This document shows, in pieces, positions 14,600 through 23,792 of a DNA stretch of 24,000 nucleotides (position 1 is the stretch's first letter; every line of letters begins with the position of its first letter). The DNA lies in assembly GCF_014764405.1 (NCBI RefSeq), contig NZ_CP061725.1, positions 6,342,856 to 6,366,855 on the forward strand, given 5' to 3'. This DNA is from Micromonospora craniellae. Lineage in GTDB: Bacteria > Actinomycetota > Actinomycetes > Mycobacteriales > Micromonosporaceae. The notes beneath the pieces are model-generated. The model was given only the letters and a program-made list of their open reading frames with translations, made no database searches and was not told where the DNA came from. Both the position numbers and the translations under genes were made by a program.

Positions 14600-15250
14600 A
14601 TGGTCAGTGGTGCGGGAGTCGTCGGGATCGCGCTGGTCGCGCTGGGGTTGGTGCTGACGCCGGGGCCGAACATGGTCTATCTGGTGTCGCGGTCGATCAC
14701 CCAGGGCCGCCGGGCGGGGCTGATCTCGCTGCTCGGGGTCGCCGCGGGCTTCGCGGTCTACCTGGGGGCGGCGGTGGCCGGCATCGCCACGGTGTTCGTC
14801 CTCGTGCCGGCGCTCTACACGGTGGTGAAGCTGGCCGGAGCGGCGTACCTGCTGTGGCTGGCGTGGCAGGCGATCCGGCCCGGCGGGCACTCGCCGTTCA
14901 ACCCGGCGCCGCTGCCGCCGGACCCGGCCCGGCGGCTGTTCACCATGGGGCTGGTCACCAACCTGCTCAACCCGAAGATCGCCATCCTGTACGTCTCGCT
15001 GCTGCCGCAGTTCATCGACCCGGCCCGGGGCAACGTGGCCGGGCAGAGCCTGCTGCTCGGGCTGACCCAGATCGCCCTGGCGTTGACGGTCAACGCGCTG
15101 ATCGTGCTGACCGCCGGCGGGATCGCCGGCTTCCTCGGCCGGCGTCCCCTGTGGCTGCGGGTGCAGCGGATGCTGATGGGCACGGTGTTGGCGGCGCTGG
15201 CCGTGCAGATCGCCGCCGACCGTTCGCGTGCCGCCGTGGCCACCCCCTGA
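14600..15250 (+). CDS. LysE/RhtB-family amino-acid exporter
   Basis: 216 aa from the ATG at 14600. N-terminal LTPGPNMVYLVSRS motif and NPKIAILYVSLLPQF, with about 5-6 TM segments. The ORF-track start at 14450 would overlap the divergent maa gene. Confidence 0.85.
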   Translation: MVSGAGVVGIALVALGLVLTPGPNMVYLVSRSITQGRRAGLISLLGVAAGFAVYLGAAVAGIATVFVLVPALYTVVKLAGAAYLLWLAWQAIRPGGHSPFNPAPLPPDPARRLFTMGLVTNLLNPKIAILYVSLLPQFIDPARGNVAGQSLLLGLTQIALALTVNALIVLTAGGIAGFLGRRPLWLRVQRMLMGTVLAALAVQIAADRSRAAVATP

Positions 15251-15258
15251 GATCGGTC

Positions 15259-17256
15259 TCAGCTCTCGCGCAGCACGGCGACACCACCGGGTGGCAGGGT
15301 GACCGCCTCGTCGACCCGGGCGGCGGTGAGCAGGTCCAGCCCACGCGCCGGTACCCGGTGCGCGCGGTCGGTGTGGTTGAGCAGGAACAGCCAGCTCACG
15401 CCGTCACCGAGTCGGCGTACCGCCTCGACCCCGGCGGGCGCGTCCGGGCAGACCGGGACGGCGCCGGCGGCCCGGGCGGCGGTGTCGAGCAGCCGGCGGT
15501 AGGTGGCGTCGTCGGGGCGGGTGGAGACGTACCAGGCGGTGCCGGCGCCGTGGCGGTGGCGGGTGATCGCGGGTGCCCCGTCGAGCACCCCGCCGACGTA
15601 CGCGGTGACCGTTTCCGCCCCGGTCAGGTGGACGGTCTCGGCCCAGATCCGGCCGGTGCCGCCGTCGCCGAGCCGTACCTGGTCGCCGTCGGCGAGCGGG
15701 TGGAACTCCTCCACCCGTACGCCGAGCACGTCACGCAGCGCGCCCGGGTAGCCGCCGAGCCGTACCCGGGCGTGCTCGTCTGCGGTGCCGCTGAGGTACG
15801 TGGCCAGCAGGTGACCGCCGCCGTGCACGTACTCGCGCACCCACTCGGCGGTGGTGCCGGCGACCATGTAGAGGGCGGGCAGGACGAGCAGCTCGTACCC
15901 GTCGAGGGGGTCACCGGGTACGACCGTGTCGCAGCCGTAGCCGGCGTGCCACAGGGCCCGGTGGACGGCGGCGAGTTCCTCGTGGTGGTCCAGCCGGGCC
16001 GAGGGCAGGCCCGGGTGGCGCAACGCCCAGGCGCTCGCGGCGTCGACGGCCAGCGCCACGGACGCCTCGACGGCGCCGGCTACCTCGGAGAGCCGCTCCA
16101 GCGCCGTACCGAGGTCGACGGCCTCGCGGAACGCCCGGCTGTCCGGGCCGGCGTGCGGCACGAGAGCGGAGTGGAAGCGTTCGGCGCCGCCGGCGGGGGC
16201 CCGCCACTGGAAGAACATCGCCCCGTGCGAGCCACGGGCCACGTGGGCGAGGCTGTGCCGCAGCATCCGCCCCGGCTCCTTGGTGTGCGACCGCCCGGTG
16301 GTGTGGATCTGTTGGGGGGCGCTCTCCATCAGCAACCAGGGCGGCGTCGGTGTACCACGGTCGACGGCGGCGTGCCGGGCCCAGCCCCGGGCCAGGTCGC
16401 CGGCCAGCGCGGTCTGTTCCTCGGCGCCACCGTCGACGGCCGACGGGTAGTGGTCGACGGCGACCAGGTCCAGCTCGCGGGCCCAGCGGGCGTGGTCGAC
16501 CGGCACCCAGTCGCCGAGCACGTAGTTGGTGGTGACCGGGGTCTGCGGCGCGGCGGCGCGCAGCAGGTCCCGCTGGTCGGCGTACGCGGCGAGCAGCGTG
16601 TCGGACCAGAAGCGGCGGAAGTCCAGCAGGTGGCCGGGGTTGCCCAGGTACTGGGTGGCGCGGGGGGTGCTGATCTGCGCCCAGTCGGAGTAGTGCTGGC
16701 TCCAGAAGCTGGTGACCCAGGCGTCGTTGAGGGTGGCCAGGTCGCCGTAGCGTCCGGCCAGCCAGCGCCGGAAGGCGCGGGCGGTGTGCTCGCAGTGGCA
16801 GGTGGTGCCGTACTCGTTGTGCACGCGCCACAGCGTCACGGCCGGGTGGTGGGCGTACCGGTCGGCGAGGGCGGCGGTGATGCGGCGGGCGGCGGAGCGG
16901 TAGGCGGGGGCGGCGGCGCAGTAGGTGTCGCGGCTGCCGTGATGCAGGCGGACCCCGTCGGCGGTGACCGGCAGCGCGCCCGGGTGGGCGTGGGAGAACC
17001 AGGGTGGCGGGGAGGCGGTGGGGGTGGCCAGGGCGACCCGGACGCCGCCGTCGTGCAGCAGGTCGAGGACCTGGTCGAGCCAGTCGAAGGTGTACCGGCC
17101 GGGGGCCGGTTCCAGGCGGGACCAGGCGAACACGCCGACGGTGACCAGGTTGACCCGGGCCCGGCGCATCAGCGCGACGTCCTCGGCCCAGACCCGAGCC
17201 GGCCACTGCTCCGGGTTGTAGTCACCGCCGTAGCAGAGCCGACCGTCGTGCCACAT
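15259..17256 (-). CDS. GH42 beta-galactosidase
   Basis: 665-aa ORF with N-terminal YGGDYNPEQWP, the acid/base region WRVHNEYG, and GH42 trimerisation/C-terminal domains of the expected length. Confidence 0.9.
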   Translation of the reverse strand: MWHDGRLCYGGDYNPEQWPARVWAEDVALMRRARVNLVTVGVFAWSRLEPAPGRYTFDWLDQVLDLLHDGGVRVALATPTASPPPWFSHAHPGALPVTADGVRLHHGSRDTYCAAAPAYRSAARRITAALADRYAHHPAVTLWRVHNEYGTTCHCEHTARAFRRWLAGRYGDLATLNDAWVTSFWSQHYSDWAQISTPRATQYLGNPGHLLDFRRFWSDTLLAAYADQRDLLRAAAPQTPVTTNYVLGDWVPVDHARWARELDLVAVDHYPSAVDGGAEEQTALAGDLARGWARHAAVDRGTPTPPWLLMESAPQQIHTTGRSHTKEPGRMLRHSLAHVARGSHGAMFFQWRAPAGGAERFHSALVPHAGPDSRAFREAVDLGTALERLSEVAGAVEASVALAVDAASAWALRHPGLPSARLDHHEELAAVHRALWHAGYGCDTVVPGDPLDGYELLVLPALYMVAGTTAEWVREYVHGGGHLLATYLSGTADEHARVRLGGYPGALRDVLGVRVEEFHPLADGDQVRLGDGGTGRIWAETVHLTGAETVTAYVGGVLDGAPAITRHRHGAGTAWYVSTRPDDATYRRLLDTAARAAGAVPVCPDAPAGVEAVRRLGDGVSWLFLLNHTDRAHRVPARGLDLLTAARVDEAVTLPPGGVAVLRES

Positions 17257-17271
17257 CGCCCACCACCCGTC

Positions 17272-17299
17272 GGATTAGTTGATGATCTGTACAAACTAG
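17272..17299. promoter_or_regulatory. Candidate ROK/XylR-type operator in the GH42/GH31 divergent region
   Basis: GGATTAGTTG (17272-17281), 10 nt, then CAAACTAG (17292-17299). The 25-bp core TTAGTTG...CAAACTA resembles Bacillus xyl operator half-sites (TTAGTTTG / CAAACTAA, recalled from memory). The same 10-mer recurs at 23635-23644. The site begins 16 nt upstream of the GH42 ATG. Confidence 0.5.
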
Positions 17300-17418
17300 G
17301 GAGGCGATTTGCCCATGTCAACGGCACCGAAATTTTCGGCATCGATGATCCTCGTTGACAGTTCGTCGGGTAATTAAAGAAACTGTCCGCACCGCCGTAC
17401 CGTCTTCGAGGAGAGCCG

Positions 17419-19761
17419 ATGCCGTACCGACCGCCGTTGGTGCCGTACGAGACGTTCGTGGCCGACCCGCCCGACCTGCCCGCCCGATCCCCCGGTGAGG
17501 GCGGGACGGCGGTGGTGGGCCGGGCCGAGTTCGTCGGCGGCGACGTGTCCGGGGCCGCCTTCAAGGCGGCGCTGGCCGACGGGGTGACGGCGGTGGTCCG
17601 GGTGGAGTCCGCCGGCGACGGCGTGATCCGGGTCCGGCTCGCCGAGGACCCCCAGGCCCGGACCCGCTCCGCGCGGGCGGTGACACTGGTCCGCCCGGAG
17701 GCGCGGCCGGCCACCGTGACCGCCGACGACCGGTGGGTACGCGTGGACGCCGGGGCGGTGGTCGCCGAGATCCGGCTCGACCCGTGGCGGATCCGGTTCC
17801 TGCGCCCCGACGGCACCGTCCTGGTCGAACAGGACCCCGGGACGGTCGACATCAGCGGCCGGCGACGCACCCTGCCCTTCGGCCGCTCCACGGTCGACGG
17901 GGTCCGCGTCGCCTGGCACGAGAGCTTCGTCGCGCCCGGCGACGAACGCTTCGTCGGCTTCGGGGAGAAGTTCACCCCGCTGGACAAACGTGGCCAGCGG
18001 GCGCTGATGTGGAACTTCGACGCCTTCGGCAGCGAGTCCGACCGGTCGCACAAGAACGTGCCGTTCTATCTGTCCAACCGGGGCTACGGGCTGCTGGTCG
18101 ACAGTGGCCTGCCGGTGCAGTTCGACGTCTGCCAGTCCACCCACAGCACCGTCCAGATCCTGGTCCCCGACGACCTGCTGGACTACTACGTGCTGGCCGG
18201 GCCGACCCCCGCCGAGGTGCTGGACCGCTTCGACCGGCTCACCGGCCGGCCGTACCTGCCGCCGCGTTGGGCGTTCGGCGCCTGGATCTCCTCCGGCTTC
18301 TATCCGGACAGCCAGCAGAAGGTGCTGGACCGGGCGCGCCGCATCCGCGAGCGCGACATCCCCTGCGACGTGCTGCACCTGGACTGCTACTGGCAGGTCG
18401 CCGGGAACTGGTCGGACCTGCGCTGGGACGCCGAGGCGTTCCCCGACCCCGCCGGGATGCTGCGGACCCTCGGCGAGCAGGGCTTCCGGGTCTGTCTCTG
18501 GACGAACCCGTACCTGATGACCGGCAGCCCGCTGTACGCCGACGCGGAACGGGCCGGCTACTTCCTGCGCCGCCCCGACGGCAGCACGTACGTGGCCGAC
18601 GTGTGGCACGGCAGCTATCCGGTCAGCGCCATCGTGGACCTGACCAACCCGGCCGCCGTCGACTGGTTCACCGGCCTGCTGCGGCCCCTGTTGCAGCAGG
18701 GCGTGGCGGTGTTCAAGACCGACTTCGCCGAGGGGGTGCCGGCCGATGCGGTGGCCCACAACGGGATGACCGGCGTCGAGCTGCACAACGTCTACAGCCT
18801 GCTGTTCAACGACGTTGTCGCCCAGGTCACCGAGGAGGTGGCCGGTCACCGGGCGGTGTGGGCACGCTCGTCGTACCTGGGCGGGCAGCGACACAGCGCG
18901 CAGTGGAGCGGCGACGTCAACGCCACCTGGCCGGCGCTGGCCAGCACGTTGCGCGGCGGGCTGTCGCACGGACTGTCCGGGGTGCCGTTCTGGAGCCACG
19001 ACACCGGCGGGTTCCACGGCACCCCGGACCCCGACCTGTACGTACGCTGGTCGCAGTTCGGGGCGCTGTCGCCGCTGCTGCGGCTGCACGGCACCACCAG
19101 CCGGCTGCCCTGGGACTTCCCGGCCGAGACCGAACGGCTCGCGGTGGCCGCGCTGCGGTTGCGATACCGGCTCATGCCGTACCTGTGGTCGGCGGCGGTG
19201 CGGGCCGCCCGTACCGGGGCGCCGGTGATGCGCGCCCTGCTGGTCGACACCCCGCAGGACCCGACGGCCTGGACCGTCGACCTGCAGTACCGCCTCGGCA
19301 CCGACCTGCTGGTGGCGCCGGTGCTGGACCCGACCGGTCGGCGCGACGTCTACCTGCCCGTCGGGGACGACTGGATCGACGCGGCCACCGGCGAGCGGCA
19401 CCCGGGCGGACGGCACCTGCGGGTCGACGTGCCGCTGTCGCGCACCCCGCTGTACGTGCGGCACGGCACGCTGCTGCCGCTGGTCGCGCCGCACCCCACC
19501 GTCGGCGACCAACCGTTCCGCGACGTCACGCTGGTCAGTTGGGGTGCCGTCGAGGGGCGGACGGTGGTGCACGACGTCGACGGCGATACCGTCATCGAGG
19601 CGTTCCGCGACGGCGACGAGTTGCGGATCAGGACGCGAGGGCCGCTGCTGGTGGGGCAGTTGGCCTTCGCCGGGGTCGGCGATGCCGACCTGCCGGCCCG
19701 GTCACTGCTCAACGGTGCGGCGGTGACCGTCGTGCCCTTCGCGGGCTTGTTCCCCGCGTAG
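17419..19761 (+). CDS. GH31 glycoside hydrolase, YicI-like alpha-xylosidase
   Basis: The 780-aa ORF aligns by eye along most of its length with E. coli YicI. Shared blocks: GFGEKFTPLDKRGQ, NVPFYLSNRGYGLLV, GPTPAEVLDRFDRLTGRP, FPDPAGM, the nucleophile block FKTDFAEGVP, WSGD, and GLSGVPFWSHDTGGF. Confidence 0.88.
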   Translation: MPYRPPLVPYETFVADPPDLPARSPGEGGTAVVGRAEFVGGDVSGAAFKAALADGVTAVVRVESAGDGVIRVRLAEDPQARTRSARAVTLVRPEARPATVTADDRWVRVDAGAVVAEIRLDPWRIRFLRPDGTVLVEQDPGTVDISGRRRTLPFGRSTVDGVRVAWHESFVAPGDERFVGFGEKFTPLDKRGQRALMWNFDAFGSESDRSHKNVPFYLSNRGYGLLVDSGLPVQFDVCQSTHSTVQILVPDDLLDYYVLAGPTPAEVLDRFDRLTGRPYLPPRWAFGAWISSGFYPDSQQKVLDRARRIRERDIPCDVLHLDCYWQVAGNWSDLRWDAEAFPDPAGMLRTLGEQGFRVCLWTNPYLMTGSPLYADAERAGYFLRRPDGSTYVADVWHGSYPVSAIVDLTNPAAVDWFTGLLRPLLQQGVAVFKTDFAEGVPADAVAHNGMTGVELHNVYSLLFNDVVAQVTEEVAGHRAVWARSSYLGGQRHSAQWSGDVNATWPALASTLRGGLSHGLSGVPFWSHDTGGFHGTPDPDLYVRWSQFGALSPLLRLHGTTSRLPWDFPAETERLAVAALRLRYRLMPYLWSAAVRAARTGAPVMRALLVDTPQDPTAWTVDLQYRLGTDLLVAPVLDPTGRRDVYLPVGDDWIDAATGERHPGGRHLRVDVPLSRTPLYVRHGTLLPLVAPHPTVGDQPFRDVTLVSWGAVEGRTVVHDVDGDTVIEAFRDGDELRIRTRGPLLVGQLAFAGVGDADLPARSLLNGAAVTVVPFAGLFPA

Positions 19762-19767
19762 GGCCGA

Positions 19768-19845
19768 CCGTCCCGCGCGTGGGGCCCGGCTGGACGGAGT
19801 CGGGCCCCACGCGCGGGACGGGGCCGGACCCGGGTGGGTCCGGCC
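19768..19845. terminator. Two consecutive GC hairpins between convergent GH31 and permease genes
   Basis: Hairpin 1: 19768-19788 is the exact reverse complement of 19801-19821 (21-bp stem, 12-nt loop). Hairpin 2: GGCCGGACCC (19822-19831) pairs with GGGTCCGGCC (19836-19845). Confidence 0.65.
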
Positions 19846-19873
19846 CCTGCCGGGCGGCCGCACCGCGCCCGGA

Positions 19874-20857
19874 TCAGCCCTTCACCGCACCGGTGATCAC
19901 ACCCTTGGTGAAGTGCCGCTGCACGAACGGATAGATGATCACCGCGGGGATGACCGTCACGATCACCACGGCCATCTTGACCGCGAGCGTCGGCGGGTAC
20001 GCCGTCACGCCGGGCAGGCTCACCGACGCGCCGGAGACGTTCGGCGACTGTCCGGCCAGGATGTAGCTCTGCAACACCCGCTGGATCGGGAACTTGTCGT
20101 TGGAGTCGATGTAGAGCACCGCGTTGAAGTACGCGTTCCAGTAGCCGACCGCGTAGAAGAGCCCGACCACGGCGATCACCGCCTTGGACAGCGGCAGCAC
20201 GATCCGGGTGAGGATGCGCAACTCCCCCGCGCCGTCGATGCGGGCGCTGTCGAGCAGTTCGGCCGGCACGTTCATGAAGAACGCGCGGATCACCACCAGG
20301 TTGAACACGCTGATCGCGCTGGGCAGGATCAGCGACCAGATGCTGTCCTTGAGGCCCAGCCCGGTCACCACCAGGTAGCTCGGCACCAGCCCCGGGAAGA
20401 TCAGGAACGTCAGCAGGAAGTAGAACAGCAGCCCACGGTGGGCCACCGAGCCCGGGCGGGACAGCCCGTACGCGGCCAGCACGGTGAGCACCAGGCTGAC
20501 CGTGGTGCCGAGCACGGTGACCAGCGTGCTGATCCACACCGCCTGGGTGACGTCCCCGCCGCTGAAGATGGTGATGTACGCGGACGGGTCGATCTCCCGG
20601 GGGATCATGACCATGCCGCCCGCGTCGTCGATGGTGCCGCGTGAGGCGAGGCTGGTGACCAGTACCGTCCAGAGCGGCACCAGCACCGCCGCGACCAGCA
20701 GGGCGAGCACGAACCCCTTGCCGATGGTCAGGGACGTCGAGGGGCGCCCCGCCCACACCGGACGGCCGGAGTGGCGTCGTCGCGGCGGTGGCGCGGGCGG
20801 CCCCGCCGTTCTCGGTGCCGCGGGCACCGGCCCGGCACCACTGAGTTGTGCGGTCAT
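19874..20857 (-). CDS. Carbohydrate ABC transporter permease (LplC-like)
   Basis: 327 aa from the ATG at 20857, which forms an ATGA overlap with the upstream permease stop. Six TM segments and an EAA loop (SARIDGAGELRILTRIVLPL). The longer ORF-track entry (to 21877) is an out-of-frame extension. Confidence 0.88.
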   Translation of the reverse strand: MTAQLSGAGPVPAAPRTAGPPAPPPRRRHSGRPVWAGRPSTSLTIGKGFVLALLVAAVLVPLWTVLVTSLASRGTIDDAGGMVMIPREIDPSAYITIFSGGDVTQAVWISTLVTVLGTTVSLVLTVLAAYGLSRPGSVAHRGLLFYFLLTFLIFPGLVPSYLVVTGLGLKDSIWSLILPSAISVFNLVVIRAFFMNVPAELLDSARIDGAGELRILTRIVLPLSKAVIAVVGLFYAVGYWNAYFNAVLYIDSNDKFPIQRVLQSYILAGQSPNVSGASVSLPGVTAYPPTLAVKMAVVIVTVIPAVIIYPFVQRHFTKGVITGAVKG

Positions 20858-21861
20858 GATTTCGCGTACACCCCCTGCTCGCCGAGCCGGTGCGCGACCT
20901 TGTTCGCGGTGAGGATCAGAGCCAGTCCGACCACCGCCTTGAACAGGCCCGCCGCGGCACCGAGCCCCCACTGCTGGGTACTGATCGCCTGGTAGTAGAC
21001 GAAGGTGTCGAGCACTTCGGCGGCCTCTCGGCCGACCGCCTCGCGTTGCAGGATGAACTGCTCGAAGCCGACCGAGAGCGCGTCGCCGAGCCGCATGATG
21101 AGCAGCAGCACGATCACCGGACGCAGGCCGGGCAGGGTGATGTGCCACAGCCGTCGCCACCGCCCGGCGCCGTCGGCCGCCGCCGCCTCGTACAGGTTCT
21201 GGTCGATCGCGGACAGCGCGGCCAGGAAGACGATCGCCCCCCAGCCCAGGTCCTTCCAGACCGCCTCGGCGGTGACCAGCACGATGAACGTGTCCGGGTT
21301 GGTCATGATCTCCCAGGGCTGCAGACCGGCCTGGCGCATCTCCTGGGCCAGCAGTCCGGCCCCGCCGAACATCTGCACGAAGAACGTCACCACCAGCACC
21401 CAGCTGAAGAAGTGCGGCAGGTAGACGACGCTCTGCACGAAGCCGCGCAGCCGCCCGGAGACCACGCTGTTGAGGATGAGCGCCAGCAGGATCGGCAGCG
21501 GGAAGAAGAACACCAACTGGAAGGCCGTGATGCTCAGCGTGTTGCGGACCGCGTCCCAGAACAGCGGGTCGCGGAAGAGTGCCTCGAAGTTGCCGAAGCC
21601 GATCCACTCGCTGTTGAGGAACGCGTCCAGCGGGTCGTCGCCGACGAACGGGTTGTAGTCCTGGAAGGCGATGACGTTGCCCAGTGTGGGCAGGTAGTGG
21701 AAGACCAGCAGCAGGGCCGCCGCCGGCGCGGCCATCGCCAGCAGCGGCCAGTCGCGGCGCAGCCGGGCCCGCAGGCTGCGCCGCCCACCCCGCCGGGGAC
21801 GCCGCGGTGGCGGCGTACGCTCGGCGGGTGGTCGCGTCTCGACGGTGCCGGGGGCGCTCAT
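20854..21861 (-). CDS. Sugar ABC transporter permease (LplB-like)
   Basis: 335 aa from the ATG at 21861 (MSAPGTVE...). Arg-rich cytoplasmic N-terminus, TM segments, and an EAA loop (AAADGAGRWRRLWHITLPGL). Confidence 0.88.
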   Translation of the reverse strand: MSAPGTVETRPPAERTPPPRRPRRGGRRSLRARLRRDWPLLAMAAPAAALLLVFHYLPTLGNVIAFQDYNPFVGDDPLDAFLNSEWIGFGNFEALFRDPLFWDAVRNTLSITAFQLVFFFPLPILLALILNSVVSGRLRGFVQSVVYLPHFFSWVLVVTFFVQMFGGAGLLAQEMRQAGLQPWEIMTNPDTFIVLVTAEAVWKDLGWGAIVFLAALSAIDQNLYEAAAADGAGRWRRLWHITLPGLRPVIVLLLIMRLGDALSVGFEQFILQREAVGREAAEVLDTFVYYQAISTQQWGLGAAAGLFKAVVGLALILTANKVAHRLGEQGVYAKS

Positions 21862-21882
21862 GACGGTCCCCCGGCACCGGTC

Positions 21883-21902
21883 GTGCCGCCGTCCGGCGGC
21901 AC
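21883..21902 (-). other. Intercistronic hairpin between the solute-binding-protein and permease genes
   Basis: GTGCCGCC (21883-21890), loop gtcc, GGCGGCAC (21895-21902). It lies in the 55-nt gap between the SBP stop (21917) and the permease start (21861). This position is typical of mRNA-stabilising or attenuating hairpins in ABC operons. Confidence 0.4.
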
Positions 21903-21916
21903 GGTGACCGGCCCGT

Positions 21917-23581
21917 TCATCGGCCGTTGTCGGCGAGCGCCTTCTCGTGGAACGCGCGGCCCTCCTCGCCACCGGTGTCCAGGAACTCCTTGCGCACCTG
22001 GGCCAGGTCGCTGACCGGGCGACGGCCGCGCAGGATGTCGCGGATCTTGTCGTCGGTCGGTTGGATGATCTTCGACCAGTTCGCCGGCAGCTCCAGCTTG
22101 ATCCCGGCGAACAGGTCCTGCTCCATCTGGCCGATGTGGTTGCGGTAGTAGCCGATGTAGTCCTGCACGTAGTTGGGGGTGTCGCCGCTGCGCACCTTGA
22201 CCGGCACCCGGCCGCCGATGTGGGTGTACTGCGCGCCCAACTCGCTGCGGCCCAGCTCGGTCAGGGTCGGGGTGCCGTCGGCGCCCCGGGTGAAGTGCTG
22301 GCCCTCGGCGCCGTACTCGCGCAGCTCGAACTCGCGGCTGCCGAACGGCGCGGCACACCAGTTGAGCACCCGCAGCAGCTCGTCGACCCGCTCGGCGGCC
22401 AGGTCCTTCTTGAGAAAGGTATAGAAGATCGGCTTCTCACTTCCCCAGACGACCGGTTGGGCGCCCTGCGCGCCGAACAGCGGCAGCGGCTGCATGTTGA
22501 AGGTGGGCAGTTCCTTGACCCGTTCGCTCTGCATGCCCTGCCAGGCGCCGAGACCGTCCTGGAACAGCAGGATCTTGCCGGCCTTGAACAGCTGCTTCTC
22601 GTCGGCGCCCCGGCTGGCGACGGTGTCGGGGTGCACCAGACCCTCGGCGAACAGCCGGGCGGTGAACGCCAGCGCCGCCTCGAAGGCCGGGTTCTCGAAC
22701 TTGTGTTCCAGGCCGCCGTCTGGCTTCTTGCGCCAGATCTGCTGGCAGCCGAACAGCTGCTGCACCACGTCGAAGACGCTGCCGAAGGCCCACACCCCCT
22801 TGGCCGGGTCGGTGGCCTTCTTGCCGATCTCATACAGCTCGTCGGGGGTGGTGGGGGTGGCCAGGCCGGCGGCGTCGAACAGGTCCTTGCGGTGGAACAT
22901 GGCCCACGCGAACGGCCCGTCGGTGGGGAACGGCACGGCGTAGAGCCGTCCACCCCAGACCGAGTACTCCCAGGCGCCGCTGGGCAGCGAGGCGAGGTAC
23001 GGGTACTTCGCCGCGTTGTCGCCCTGGAGGTGGTCGGTCAGGTCGGTGAACAGCGCCTTGACCGCGTCGGAGAACCGGGCGACCTTGTCCACCTCCCAGT
23101 TCGGTGCGCAGAGCAGGTCCGGCACGTCCCGGGCGCCGAGCATGGCGTTGAGCTTGTCGGAGTAGGTGTTGCCGTCCTGCAGGCTCGGGCTGACCTCCAC
23201 GCCGAGCTTGCCGTTGACCGCGGCAAGGTACGCGTTGCGCCCCAGCGGCGGCGGGGTCGGGCCCCACCACGGGGTCATCGTCTGGATCGGGGGGCCGCCC
23301 CGGCCCGGCTGCTCGGTGACCGCGTCGACGAGTTGGCGCGGGTAGCTGAGATAGCCGTCCGGGATCGGGCCCTCGCCGGGGATGTCCGGCTTGAGCAGTT
23401 CGACCCGCTGGTAGGTGGGCAGCACCGCCTTGATGGCGTCGGCGCCGGTGGCGCTGCCCTGGCTGCCGGCTTCCTTGCTGCATCCGGCCAGGGCGCCGCC
23501 GCCCACGGTCGCGGCGGCGCCGAGGCCGACCAACCGCAGCATGGTCCGGCGGTCGGTGGATGTGCGCGTAAGAGGCGTCAC
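21917..23581 (-). CDS. Extracellular solute-binding lipoprotein of a carbohydrate ABC transporter (large LplA/LipO-like type)
   Basis: 554-aa ORF with a Tat-like signal (TDRRTMLRL) and a lipobox (LAGC). The size and sequence style match the large oligosaccharide-binding proteins that pair with LplB/LplC permeases. GTG start at 23581. Confidence 0.88.
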   Translation of the reverse strand: MTPLTRTSTDRRTMLRLVGLGAAATVGGGALAGCSKEAGSQGSATGADAIKAVLPTYQRVELLKPDIPGEGPIPDGYLSYPRQLVDAVTEQPGRGGPPIQTMTPWWGPTPPPLGRNAYLAAVNGKLGVEVSPSLQDGNTYSDKLNAMLGARDVPDLLCAPNWEVDKVARFSDAVKALFTDLTDHLQGDNAAKYPYLASLPSGAWEYSVWGGRLYAVPFPTDGPFAWAMFHRKDLFDAAGLATPTTPDELYEIGKKATDPAKGVWAFGSVFDVVQQLFGCQQIWRKKPDGGLEHKFENPAFEAALAFTARLFAEGLVHPDTVASRGADEKQLFKAGKILLFQDGLGAWQGMQSERVKELPTFNMQPLPLFGAQGAQPVVWGSEKPIFYTFLKKDLAAERVDELLRVLNWCAAPFGSREFELREYGAEGQHFTRGADGTPTLTELGRSELGAQYTHIGGRVPVKVRSGDTPNYVQDYIGYYRNHIGQMEQDLFAGIKLELPANWSKIIQPTDDKIRDILRGRRPVSDLAQVRKEFLDTGGEEGRAFHEKALADNGR

Positions 23582-23634
23582 GGCGCACTCCCTTCGTCAT
23601 CGATAACGGTTTGCGGAGCGGGGGACTCCGGCTA

Positions 23635-23668
23635 GGATTAGTTGGGGTTCTAGCCGAACAAACTAATC
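23635..23668. promoter_or_regulatory. Candidate ROK/XylR-type operator in the SBP/ROK divergent region
   Basis: GGATTAGTTG (23635-23644), 14 nt, then CAAACTAATC (23659-23668). GATTAGTT and AACTAATC form a perfect 8-bp inverted repeat. The left half is the same 10-mer as at 17272-17281. The site is 54-87 nt upstream of the SBP start. Confidence 0.55.
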
Positions 23669-23792
23669 GACGGCTATCCCGTCCCACAAGACAGGGCGTG
23701 CCGGCGGCCCGGACGGCGTGGCCGGTCCCGCCACGGCGGTACGCGATGATGGACGCGCGCGCCACGACACCGGCGCAGGGAGCGGGCAGATC

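Noticed and set aside
17281-17350. Direct repeat GATGATC at 17281-17287 and 17344-17350 in the GH42/GH31 intergenic region.
   Set aside because: A 7-bp match occurring twice in 160 bp of relatively AT-rich DNA is compatible with chance. It shows no symmetry or positional logic.
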